Of a stretch of 58,377 bases of DNA, positions 15,678 to 24,070 are shown one piece after another. The notes under the pieces are model-generated. The model was not told the DNA's origin. It did not search any database and worked only from the letters and a program-made list of their open reading frames with translations. The stretch covers positions 1 to 58,377 of the IMG/VR virus record IMGVR_UViG_3300043172_000336; one strand, written 5' to 3'. The DNA is from a virus (taxonomy: Duplodnaviria > Caudoviricetes). A program made the position numbers and the translations under genes. How positions within the stretch are numbered: position 1 is the stretch's first letter; every line of letters starts with the position of its first letter.

Positions 15678-15911
15678 GTGAAGGGCCTGACCTACTCCAA
15701 AGGCAAGTGCGTAGGAGAGCTTCGGCTTTCTGGCGCAGCTGGCTTTGGGAGTGTAAGTGTCCCTGGCGGATCTGCTCCCCCTGATCGCCGAATCATGTCG
15801 GAGACCGGTGCTTCGAGAGATATGTCGAAAGCCGGTGTCAAAGTTCAGGAACCCGAAGGCGGGTTCGATGACGACAACGAGCGGTTGCGAATGCTCGGCT
15901 TACTACCTTGA
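15678..15911 (+). CDS. hypothetical protein
   Basis: GTG start 2 nt after the previous stop; overlaps the next gene. Confidence 0.55.
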   Translation: MKGLTYSKGKCVGELRLSGAAGFGSVSVPGGSAPPDRRIMSETGASRDMSKAGVKVQEPEGGFDDDNERLRMLGLLP

Positions 15912-16159
15912 AGCTGACGCATCGCGCAGCTCAGGCTTTTACGAACCTCCGGGGTAACCCGGATTTTGGCGACTTGTTAATGTGGATTGCGGAGATTCAA
16001 GCCAAGGAGACTAGGACTTGTATAGAAGCTGAAGGAGTCATCCTGCATAGAGCGCAGGGGGCCGCTAAAGCTCTACATCAAATCAGAGTGGCATACGATG
16101 AATCTCCAGAAACAGTCCTTAAACTTAGAGCTAAAGAACGTGAGGTACCAAGACAATGA
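15908..16159 (+). CDS. hypothetical head-region protein
   Basis: TTGA/ATGA overlaps; helical, LHRAQGAAKAL; immediately before the scaffold gene. Confidence 0.65.
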   Translation: MKLTHRAAQAFTNLRGNPDFGDLLMWIAEIQAKETRTCIEAEGVILHRAQGAAKALHQIRVAYDESPETVLKLRAKEREVPRQ

Positions 16160-17253
16160 ATCAGCCCGCTAGTCACGAAGCAAGTGCGCTCCCACAAGCC
16201 GTGCAAAAACAAGTCGATGAAGCAAACCGCATAATCGATGAACTGAACAAGCCGGTTGAGCCGGTCGTGCCCTTTGCTGAGGGCGATGCGCCAGTCGCGC
16301 CGGTTGAGCCAGTCGCGCCGGTTGAGCCAGTTGAGCCTAACCTGCTTGCGGAACCCACCCCTGAACCTACTCCCCCGGCTGAAGACAAGCCGTGGGAACA
16401 CAAATACAATGTCCTGCAAGGGAAGTACAACGCGGAAGTGCCGCGTCTTACCCGGCAGGTTCAAGAGCAAGACGGACAATTGTCTGATATACGTCAACAG
16501 CTGACGAATACGCAGACGATTCTCGCATCGCTGAATCAGCGTACCGCTGATCCCGAAGGAGATGTTGGGGCACCTGCAACACCCCCCCAACGCCTGGTTC
16601 AAGACGATGAAATTACGGCGTTCGGAGCCGACCTCCATGACTTTATCAAGCGCACTGCTTTAGAAGCGGTTGCGCCGAAGGTCGAGGCAGGCTCACATTC
16701 GCTGGATCAGCGACTCTCAAAGGTCGAGTCTATTGCAGAAAATGTGCAAGCTCAGGCTACGAGAGTGGAGGAAATAGGACTCTTCGATCTTCTCACCGCC
16801 GATGTTCCCGACTGGGAAGTGCAGAACAAGGACCCCTTGTTCCTGCAGTGGCTTGAGGAAGTGGACCCGTATACCGGGGCACAACGAGGACAGCTCCTTA
16901 CGCAGGCGTTCGCACGTCACGACGGCCCTCGCGTCGTAGCGTTATTTCAGGGCTTCAAGAACGAAAACGCTGCTGTAACCCCCCAGCCTACGATCCCTGC
17001 TCCAGCAGAGGTAACTCCTCTGCCGGAACCACAGAGTCTCGAAGGATTGGTAGCACCAGGCACTCCTAAGTCTGGTATTGATAGTGGCGCTCCCAATGAT
17101 GCCGAAAAACGGGTTTGGACCCAGCCTATGATCTCTCAACTATATGCTCAAATAAATGAGTACACCAAAAAGGGTAAGTCAGCTCCCGACGAGCTGAAAG
17201 CTCTTGAGGCAGACCTCATCCGTGGGCAGAGTGAAGGCCGGGTACAAGCATAA
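16156..17253 (+). CDS. capsid scaffolding-like protein
   Basis: Acidic, Pro-rich and coiled-coil (WEHKYNVLQGKYNAEVPRL), directly upstream of the capsid gene. Confidence 0.75.
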   Translation: MNQPASHEASALPQAVQKQVDEANRIIDELNKPVEPVVPFAEGDAPVAPVEPVAPVEPVEPNLLAEPTPEPTPPAEDKPWEHKYNVLQGKYNAEVPRLTRQVQEQDGQLSDIRQQLTNTQTILASLNQRTADPEGDVGAPATPPQRLVQDDEITAFGADLHDFIKRTALEAVAPKVEAGSHSLDQRLSKVESIAENVQAQATRVEEIGLFDLLTADVPDWEVQNKDPLFLQWLEEVDPYTGAQRGQLLTQAFARHDGPRVVALFQGFKNENAAVTPQPTIPAPAEVTPLPEPQSLEGLVAPGTPKSGIDSGAPNDAEKRVWTQPMISQLYAQINEYTKKGKSAPDELKALEADLIRGQSEGRVQA

Positions 17254-17282
17254 TTTTCGACTCTTATGGAGTGTAAATTGTC

Positions 17283-18275
17283 ATGTCCTATCCTGTTGCC
17301 ACTACGGCCTTTAGAGGCCCTACGCAATCACCGGCTTATACCGGTAACTTCATTCCAGAAATCTGGAGCGGCAAGCTCGTAGAGAAATTCTACGCGGCCA
17401 CCGTTCTGGGTGCCATTGCGAACACTGACTACGAAGGTGAGATTCGCAACCAAGGCGATCTGGTCAACATACGAACCCGCCCGACGATCACGATTTCGGA
17501 TTACGAGGTGAACCAGGATTTAACCGTCCAACGTCCCTCCAGTACTCCGACTTCCCTGTTGATCGACAAGGGTAAGTACTTCAACCTCGCACTCGATGAC
17601 GTGATGGAAATCCAGTCCGATATCGATCTCCTGTCCACCTGGGCGGAAGACGCTTCGGAGCAGATGAAAATCGCAGTCGATACCGACGTACTTGGGGCGC
17701 TATCTTCGGTGACCGATACCGACATCAGCGACCTGAACAAGAGCGATAACTCCGGTGCCATATCCGGCGACATCAATCTTGGTGATTACGGTGGTCCGGT
17801 GTATGTCAATGCTGCCTCGCAAGGTACGGGTATCGGTAACGATAACTCGAACGACCGAGCCATCATCGACTTCATCACCGACATGGGTCAAGTACTCGAT
17901 GAGCAGAACATCCCGGAATCGGGACGGTGGCTGATCATACCCGCCTGGCTCGCTGCCAGGATCAAACGATCCGAATTGAAGGATGCTTCGCTTTCCGGCG
18001 ACGGCACCTCGATTCTGCGTAACGGTCGTCTGGGCATGATCGATCGGTTCACTATCTATCTGTCCAACCTCCTGCTCCCGCTGGGTGGTTATGCAGATGA
18101 GTGGCCGCTTCTGTTCGGCACCAATGCCGCTCTGACCTTCGCCAGTCAGTTCACCAAGATGGAAACGATTCGTTCAGAACGATCGTTCTCCAACCTCTTG
18201 CGTGGTCTGCAGATTTACGGCTATAAAGTCGTGAATGGCGTTGCGATGGGTCGCGCTGTTGTTGCTAAGGGCTAA
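17283..18275 (+). CDS. major capsid protein
   Basis: 330 aa; FIPEIWSGKL..KFY, NTDYEGEI..QGD.V.I, LDEQNIPESGRW, RGLQIYGYKVV; followed by a terminator. Confidence 0.9.
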   Translation: MSYPVATTAFRGPTQSPAYTGNFIPEIWSGKLVEKFYAATVLGAIANTDYEGEIRNQGDLVNIRTRPTITISDYEVNQDLTVQRPSSTPTSLLIDKGKYFNLALDDVMEIQSDIDLLSTWAEDASEQMKIAVDTDVLGALSSVTDTDISDLNKSDNSGAISGDINLGDYGGPVYVNAASQGTGIGNDNSNDRAIIDFITDMGQVLDEQNIPESGRWLIIPAWLAARIKRSELKDASLSGDGTSILRNGRLGMIDRFTIYLSNLLLPLGGYADEWPLLFGTNAALTFASQFTKMETIRSERSFSNLLRGLQIYGYKVVNGVAMGRAVVAKG

Positions 18276-18283
18276 TCCCTGAT

Positions 18284-18327
18284 CCTCCAGGGGGTATAAT
18301 ATTTTTATACCCTCTGGGGGGTTTCTT
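18284..18327 (+). terminator. intrinsic terminator after the capsid gene
   Basis: CCTCCAGGGGGTATAA / TTATACCCTCTGGGGG 16-bp stem with G-U pairs, then GTTTCTT. Confidence 0.75.
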
Positions 18328-18338
18328 AGGAGTGCCCC

Positions 18339-18719
18339 GTGGCGAGCTACCAGAAGATCATCACTGATGCGCGTGAGTTGCTACAGGATACGAATGCTGA
18401 AACCGGTCTACGGTTTACGGACTCCTTCCTAGTCAATCAGCTCAACCGTGGCATAGAAGAGTTGGGGCGCATCCGCCCTGACGCTTTTAGTTCTGTGTTC
18501 GACAAAAACAGTTTGAATATCCCGGAGGTCATCGCCGAAGGGGACCCCACCGATGAACAGGTCTTATGGACTGAGGAGACTCTCTTTGAGGGGCAGTTCT
18601 TCACTCCATTAGTCTTTTACGTCACCGGATCGTCTGAAGTCACCGACGATGAATTCACCATGGACGGGCGAGCTGGACTATTACTAGGTCAGTTTCGTCA
18701 AACCGTACTGGGGATATAG
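18339..18719 (+). CDS. head-tail adaptor-like protein
   Basis: AGGAG RBS, GTG start; II..ARELLQD...R[FW] ... LN.G...L..IRPDA pattern; position after the capsid gene. Confidence 0.65.
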   Translation: MASYQKIITDARELLQDTNAETGLRFTDSFLVNQLNRGIEELGRIRPDAFSSVFDKNSLNIPEVIAEGDPTDEQVLWTEETLFEGQFFTPLVFYVTGSSEVTDDEFTMDGRAGLLLGQFRQTVLGI

Positions 18720-18721
18720 TC

Positions 18722-19447
18722 ATGGTTGATAGTGTTTTCATCGAAGGCTCTGGCTGCGAGTGTGATGTCACGCTCGACACCTGGTTACGAGATTCACTCT
18801 CATACCTCCCTGGCTCTATCCGCTCCGTGGCAGCACGAGAACTCGTCCTTGCTGCTCGTGAGTTCTTCGAACGGTCGTACGCCTGGCAGGGTCTGATCGA
18901 GGACCAGGACGCCAAGGCTGGCCGCAAGCAATATTGGCTCTCGCCATGGGATGAGTACGCCAATGTCGTCGGAGTGATCGGCGTGAGCCTCAAGGGTAAC
19001 CCTATAACACCTGTTCCAGTACGCCCGGCCCGAGTCAATACGACCTCCAGTGGCACCGCCGCTGCGACCAGTGACCGTCCGAGTTTCTATTACGCTGCCC
19101 CAGCTCCTGATGCGATCGAGCTATTCCCCGATCTGCAGTCGGATGAGGATGATGCTCTGACCTTCCATGTCGCTCTGACCCCGAAAACTACAGTCGAGCA
19201 TCTGCCGCGTGTCGCAGAGATTAAATACTATGATGCGATCCTGGACGGGTTCCTGGCTCGTATGTATATGCACCCAAGCAAGCCTTATACCTCGCTGCAG
19301 ATGGCCCAGTTCAAACGCAAATCTTTTAACCACTGGATTGGCAAGTACATGGGTCAAGCGAAGCAAGGATATGTCGGCGCTCAGAACTGGAGCTTCCCAT
19401 CTGAATGGGGAGTTCGTCGGCTCGGGCAGGCGGCCCGTGGTGGATAA
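18722..19447 (+). CDS. tail adaptor / tubular protein A-like
   Basis: AAREFFERS..W, AI.DG.LARMY.HP.KPY; position. Confidence 0.6.
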   Translation: MVDSVFIEGSGCECDVTLDTWLRDSLSYLPGSIRSVAARELVLAAREFFERSYAWQGLIEDQDAKAGRKQYWLSPWDEYANVVGVIGVSLKGNPITPVPVRPARVNTTSSGTAAATSDRPSFYYAAPAPDAIELFPDLQSDEDDALTFHVALTPKTTVEHLPRVAEIKYYDAILDGFLARMYMHPSKPYTSLQMAQFKRKSFNHWIGKYMGQAKQGYVGAQNWSFPSEWGVRRLGQAARGG

Positions 19448-20061
19448 TGGGCGCTCAACTTTACCCCAGTGCGCTTGGATCAATACAAGATGGAGTGTTT
19501 GATTGGCTTGCACACGAGATTGTAATCGCATTGATGGCACCTGCATTTGTCCCTGATTTCTCACAGGTGTACGCAGACTCTCTCCCCGATGGTGACATCA
19601 TTCGTGTCAGTGACCCGATGACAAATCGGACCTATGTGGATAATATCGCCGGGGGTGAACCGGCTCCTTTCCTGCAGTTATTTGACACGCGGGCTATCTC
19701 GCATGTGGTCATCTATCAAGACACAGGTGACATCGCGTACTCCCCACTCATTGCATACTATGATGAGGATAATATCCTTGGCGCACCGCTGGTATCTGAG
19801 GGGCTTGACCAGTTTGTGTACGGTACTTTCCCGCCTGGCGGGTACTGGCAAGTCACGACAATCCCTCTGACTGGTGAAATTAACAGCTATCTTCTGTCTG
19901 GAAACACCGCTTTGGCTGAGCTGGAGGGCGGGGATGTCATTATTCTTCCCGAACTTCTCCTGAGTGGTAGACTAACCGTCACTACACAGGCGATTTGTGC
20001 GACTCCAGATGAGCCAAACGATTGCTGCGAGCCAACGATTCGGAGTTCGATATGCGAATAG
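19447..20061 (+). CDS. virion structural protein (hypothetical)
   Basis: TAATG coupling; acidic; VVIYQDTG....SPLIAYYD. Confidence 0.6.
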   Translation: MGAQLYPSALGSIQDGVFDWLAHEIVIALMAPAFVPDFSQVYADSLPDGDIIRVSDPMTNRTYVDNIAGGEPAPFLQLFDTRAISHVVIYQDTGDIAYSPLIAYYDEDNILGAPLVSEGLDQFVYGTFPPGGYWQVTTIPLTGEINSYLLSGNTALAELEGGDVIILPELLLSGRLTVTTQAICATPDEPNDCCEPTIRSSICE

Positions 20062-20372
20062 GTGCCTACACAATTAAAGGACGGATCGTTCAGCAGCCAG
20101 GTGAGAACCTGCGTCGTCTGATTGACTATGATCGATGGCTTGAGGAAGGAGAGGTTATAACTTCTGTTGCAACGTCGATCGATAATGCAACCAGTCCGCC
20201 TCTGGCAGTGACGAACATCGTCATTGATCCTGACGGCAATAGGATAGCGTACTACATCAGTGGTGGAGCCGATGGTGAGGACTACACCGTAACATTTTCT
20301 GTAACTACTAGCGTTAACCAGACGCGAGAGGACGAACTTTTAGTTGGCGTCCGGGAGGTACTTCGTGGGTGA
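20052..20372 (+). CDS. fibre-attachment adaptor-like protein
   Basis: GGAG RBS; QPGE...IDY..WL.EGE.I ... ISGG.DGEDYTVT...TTS..QTRE. Confidence 0.6.
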   Translation: MRIGAYTIKGRIVQQPGENLRRLIDYDRWLEEGEVITSVATSIDNATSPPLAVTNIVIDPDGNRIAYYISGGADGEDYTVTFSVTTSVNQTREDELLVGVREVLRG

Positions 20373-21438
20373 TCAAGTCTTTTCGAACAATGCCAGCTCT
20401 CTTTTAGCAGCGAGCATTGACAATATAGAAACCGTGATCCAGGTTGAAGCTGGGTTCGGTGCGCTGTTTCCGAATCCTGGTGCAAGCGAATTCTTCAAGC
20501 TCCGTCTCGTTAATGCTACTGGCGATATAGAGATATGCTCTTGCACAGAACGGACCAGTGACTTACTTACTGTCGTCCGTGCCCAAGAAGGCACTATCGG
20601 AATTGCATGGACTCTCGGAGCTACGCGGGTTGAACTGAGTAACACCGCAGTAACGATGGAGCAGTTTATTCAGCGTGACGGGGATACCATGGAGGGTAAC
20701 CTCGCCATGGGCGGTAACAGTATTAGCGCCGCTCGGATTGGCGGCTCATCTATTTTCGAGACCGGACAAAGTCTCGTGCCTATGCGAGGTACTGAGGATG
20801 ACGCTTCGAATGAAATTTCTGTACCCACTGATGGCTCAAGAGCCACCGCTGGCGGGTCACCAATCCTGACTCAGTCCGACGGTATTATGCAGCTGATGCC
20901 GATCGGCTCAATTATCTTATGGAACGCAGGGCTAGGAAGTCGTCCTGATGAATGGGAACTCTGCGATGGTAATAACGGAACGCCGGATCTTACGGATCTA
21001 TTTGTTCGTGGTGCGGGTGGTTCATATACATTAGGTGACGACGGCGGGTCGGCAACTGCTTCGGGCACGACCGATGAAAATGGTGATCATGAACATCCAG
21101 GTGACACCGAAGCTACTGTTCTTGAAGAAGATGAGATGCCTGCTCATCATCATCGAGTCTATGGGAACTCAACTGGTCATGGTGGTGGCATTACTGCGGT
21201 GGGGCTTCAGCAAGCCACTTCTCACAGCGTTGCCGGGTTCTTCACCGCTAATGTTACCGATGGATATTCGGATAATGTGGGTGGCATTGGAGGTGACCAG
21301 ATCCTCGAAGACACTGGTAGCGGTAACAGTCACAAGCACGCTAACCAAGGAGAAGCTGGGGACCACACTCATGGGCTTGGGACTGTAGAAACTATCCCAC
21401 CCTTCCGAGCGATCTACTACATTATGAAGGTGGTGTGA
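20365..21438 (+). CDS. tail fibre protein with tail-collar domain
   Basis: GTG 20365 after GGGAGG; PIGSIILW...P..WELCDGNNGTPDL.D.FVRGAG, HxH repeats, IPPFRAIYYIMK. Confidence 0.85.
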   Translation: MGDQVFSNNASSLLAASIDNIETVIQVEAGFGALFPNPGASEFFKLRLVNATGDIEICSCTERTSDLLTVVRAQEGTIGIAWTLGATRVELSNTAVTMEQFIQRDGDTMEGNLAMGGNSISAARIGGSSIFETGQSLVPMRGTEDDASNEISVPTDGSRATAGGSPILTQSDGIMQLMPIGSIILWNAGLGSRPDEWELCDGNNGTPDLTDLFVRGAGGSYTLGDDGGSATASGTTDENGDHEHPGDTEATVLEEDEMPAHHHRVYGNSTGHGGGITAVGLQQATSHSVAGFFTANVTDGYSDNVGGIGGDQILEDTGSGNSHKHANQGEAGDHTHGLGTVETIPPFRAIYYIMKVV

Positions 21439-21755
21439 TGCCTGACTTTCTCTTTGCAAACAATGCGTCTTCAACGCTAGCGATCGAGCTTAATACAATA
21501 GCGTTGACGATTACTCTTGCCGCTGCAACAGGGGACCGATTCCCTGACCCTGTTCAGTATGCCGAAGAGTTTGTCATTACTTTGAAGAACACCACCACAG
21601 GTGAAATTGAGATCGTCAACTGTGTTGAACGTAGTGGTGACGTGCTGAATATTGTACGGGCACGAGAGGGCACAGTTGCGCTCTCCTTCCCCGTGGGTGC
21701 TGCTGTTGTCCACCAGATGACGGCGGCGATGTTCGCGTATCTCAGAGATCTCTAA
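21435..21755 (+). CDS. stand-alone copy of the fibre N-terminal domain
   Basis: FANNASSTLA ... FPDP ... EIV.C..RSGD.L.IVRAREGT, shared with both neighbours. Confidence 0.75.
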   Translation: MMPDFLFANNASSTLAIELNTIALTITLAAATGDRFPDPVQYAEEFVITLKNTTTGEIEIVNCVERSGDVLNIVRAREGTVALSFPVGAAVVHQMTAAMFAYLRDL

Positions 21756-24070
21756 TGGCTGAACTACGAGAATTTCAGTTTACTAATTTTGCACGATCTA
21801 CTCTTTCAAGTGATCTGGCTGCGGGCGCAACTACGCTAAATATTCAGCCAAACCAGTCACACCTGTTCCCTAACGCAGAGGCCACCTACGACGAGATCTT
21901 TGCGTGCATCTTACTCACGCCAGATGAAACTGAGATCGAGATCGTCTATTGCACTGCCCGTGCCAGCGGCCTCCTGATAGTCGAACGAGGGAAAGAATTC
22001 ACCGCCGATCGTGACTGGCCTGCGGGCACAACGATAGTCCATAACTACACCGCCCAACTTGGAACCGATATCGTTGAAGGCGGTTCGCGTGTTAATGGGA
22101 TGATGTTTGTCGGGTGGGACGGGAATGGGATGATCACCAAGGATGGTGTAAATTTCGAGCGGCTTGCATTCTTCGGCTTCGATCATGATTTTGATGCCGT
22201 TGCGTATTCAAAACCCCTCGATAGAATGGTCGCCTGTGGTTCCCTCAAATCGATAGTCTATAGCGATGACGGCGGGTACACATGGTTTGAGCAGCCAGAC
22301 GTTTTTACAGAAGGTGGGCATATCTCCGGGTTCCAGCATACAGATATCATTTGGTCTGATCAATTCCAGTTATTTATTTGCTGTTCGAATAATTCTAATG
22401 CCTCACAGTCGCTGGCCGTTCAATGGAGTGAGGATGGTCTTACCTGGACCGAGTTCGATACCTCTGGCATTTGCACTCAAAGTTCCGGTAAAGGATTTGC
22501 TTCGCTTGTCGATGTACCTGCTCCTTTTTCCAAGCCAGGTATATACGCGATGCACTGGAAGAGTTTTGCTTACTCCGCCGATGGTAAAACGTGGGTAGAT
22601 ATTCCTGATCAGGTGGACCTGGGGTGGGGACTCACTTTTTATGGAGGCGCAAGTTTTGCTAATGGCACAATACTCTTCGGGGGATCATCCCAATCTAGTT
22701 CGATTGCCGGTCCGATCGTCTACAGCAATGATGGGATTACCTTTACAGAGGTTGATGGATCACTGGGCGACAACTCGGACACCGTCCCCGCCGCATACAT
22801 GACTGAGTTGGGGAGATTTGTCGCCACCACCAACACTAGTGTGGTCCCGGCGACTTGGGCATCCTATAGCGATGACAATGGCTTATCCTGGATCGGAGTA
22901 GATAATGTCGAAGTCGGACAAGGCCGCTGGTCGAGGCCGATTTACAGCAACAAGTTCGGCGTAGTATTTATTCTGAGTCAGCAGATCAATACTCCAGACA
23001 CTATGCTCATGAAATCCAGTGACGCTATTAGTTGGGTCTTCCAGCCTATCCCTGCTGAGTTTGGCACTAATATTTGGTGGAAGGGCGCAGCTGAGGCTAC
23101 AGTCCCTGTTGTACGATTCAAGCAAGAAGTTATAATGGTGGAAGATACCGGTGGTAGTACGAACGTTGCTTTTTCCGCCGACGCGGCCACCTTTGACCAG
23201 CTCCCCGCTGCACAAAACGCAGCTATCCGTGATGTAGAATTCTGCCCGACGTTGGGGACCCAGGGACGGTTTGTTCTGGTGGGGACCGTCGGCATCATAA
23301 ATACCTCTGATGACGCTGGTCAAACCTGGACCGTGCGAACCAGCCCTGATGTCCTCGCGGTATACAGAACAGTTATCTGGTCTGCTTCTCTTGAGTTATT
23401 TATTGCTGGTGCGGATAATACTGGCACTCAGAATATTGCAACTAGTCCTGACGGCATTGACTGGACTCTTCGTACAACTCCCCAATTTAGGGTCTATGAT
23501 ATTGCAGACGATGGAAATGGGAACCTTGTTGCGGTGGGCGAGGGTGCTTTACTAGACGCTATGTATTCTCCCGACGGCATCAACTGGACATTAGCTACGG
23601 GTGATGCTGGGGACAGTGGCAGCGGCTCGATAATTGTCCAATTCGACGTTGCTCGAAACCGGTTTGTTCTTATAGATAGCGATGAAGAAGTGTGGGTTTC
23701 TACTGATCTCGGAGCGAACTGGACCGATCTCGTTTCTGATTTAGAAACCGTCGGCGGTAATATGAACAAGACAAATGGCGCTCATTTTATAATACTTTCT
23801 AGTGGTCGCTTTATTGCGACAACCAGTACCTCGATTCTAAGCAGTGATGATGGTGGTCAAACCTGGACTATACGATCGACGGAAGGATCTCAGAGGGGAC
23901 TCGTCCAATTAGGTAATGGGCATGTCGTATCTTGTGCCCAGATCACCAACAGGCAAATACTTCACAGCTTCGACAATGGCACTACCTGGCTTATCGGCTC
24001 TGATCCACTTGGAGCCGCCGCTGGCGTCTGGCATAGAATGGCTGTCGGTAACGTCACGGAGATACCGTAA
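21755..24070 (+). CDS. receptor-binding/tailspike-like protein with Asp-box (BNR) beta-propeller repeats
   Basis: Many S.D.G.[TS]W repeats (YSDDGGYTW, WSEDGLTW, TSDDAGQTW, STDLGANW, SFDNGTTW). Confidence 0.8.
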   Translation: MAELREFQFTNFARSTLSSDLAAGATTLNIQPNQSHLFPNAEATYDEIFACILLTPDETEIEIVYCTARASGLLIVERGKEFTADRDWPAGTTIVHNYTAQLGTDIVEGGSRVNGMMFVGWDGNGMITKDGVNFERLAFFGFDHDFDAVAYSKPLDRMVACGSLKSIVYSDDGGYTWFEQPDVFTEGGHISGFQHTDIIWSDQFQLFICCSNNSNASQSLAVQWSEDGLTWTEFDTSGICTQSSGKGFASLVDVPAPFSKPGIYAMHWKSFAYSADGKTWVDIPDQVDLGWGLTFYGGASFANGTILFGGSSQSSSIAGPIVYSNDGITFTEVDGSLGDNSDTVPAAYMTELGRFVATTNTSVVPATWASYSDDNGLSWIGVDNVEVGQGRWSRPIYSNKFGVVFILSQQINTPDTMLMKSSDAISWVFQPIPAEFGTNIWWKGAAEATVPVVRFKQEVIMVEDTGGSTNVAFSADAATFDQLPAAQNAAIRDVEFCPTLGTQGRFVLVGTVGIINTSDDAGQTWTVRTSPDVLAVYRTVIWSASLELFIAGADNTGTQNIATSPDGIDWTLRTTPQFRVYDIADDGNGNLVAVGEGALLDAMYSPDGINWTLATGDAGDSGSGSIIVQFDVARNRFVLIDSDEEVWVSTDLGANWTDLVSDLETVGGNMNKTNGAHFIILSSGRFIATTSTSILSSDDGGQTWTIRSTEGSQRGLVQLGNGHVVSCAQITNRQILHSFDNGTTWLIGSDPLGAAAGVWHRMAVGNVTEIP

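Noticed and set aside
16291-16335. 18-bp tandem repeat CCAGTCGCGCCGGTTGAG
   Set aside because: Encodes the PVAPVE low-complexity linker of the scaffold protein; ordinary
20365-24070. Diversity-generating retroelement or invertible fibre cassette
   Set aside because: No reverse transcriptase or invertase, and the shared N-termini are diverged protein paralogs rather than near-identical DNA repeats
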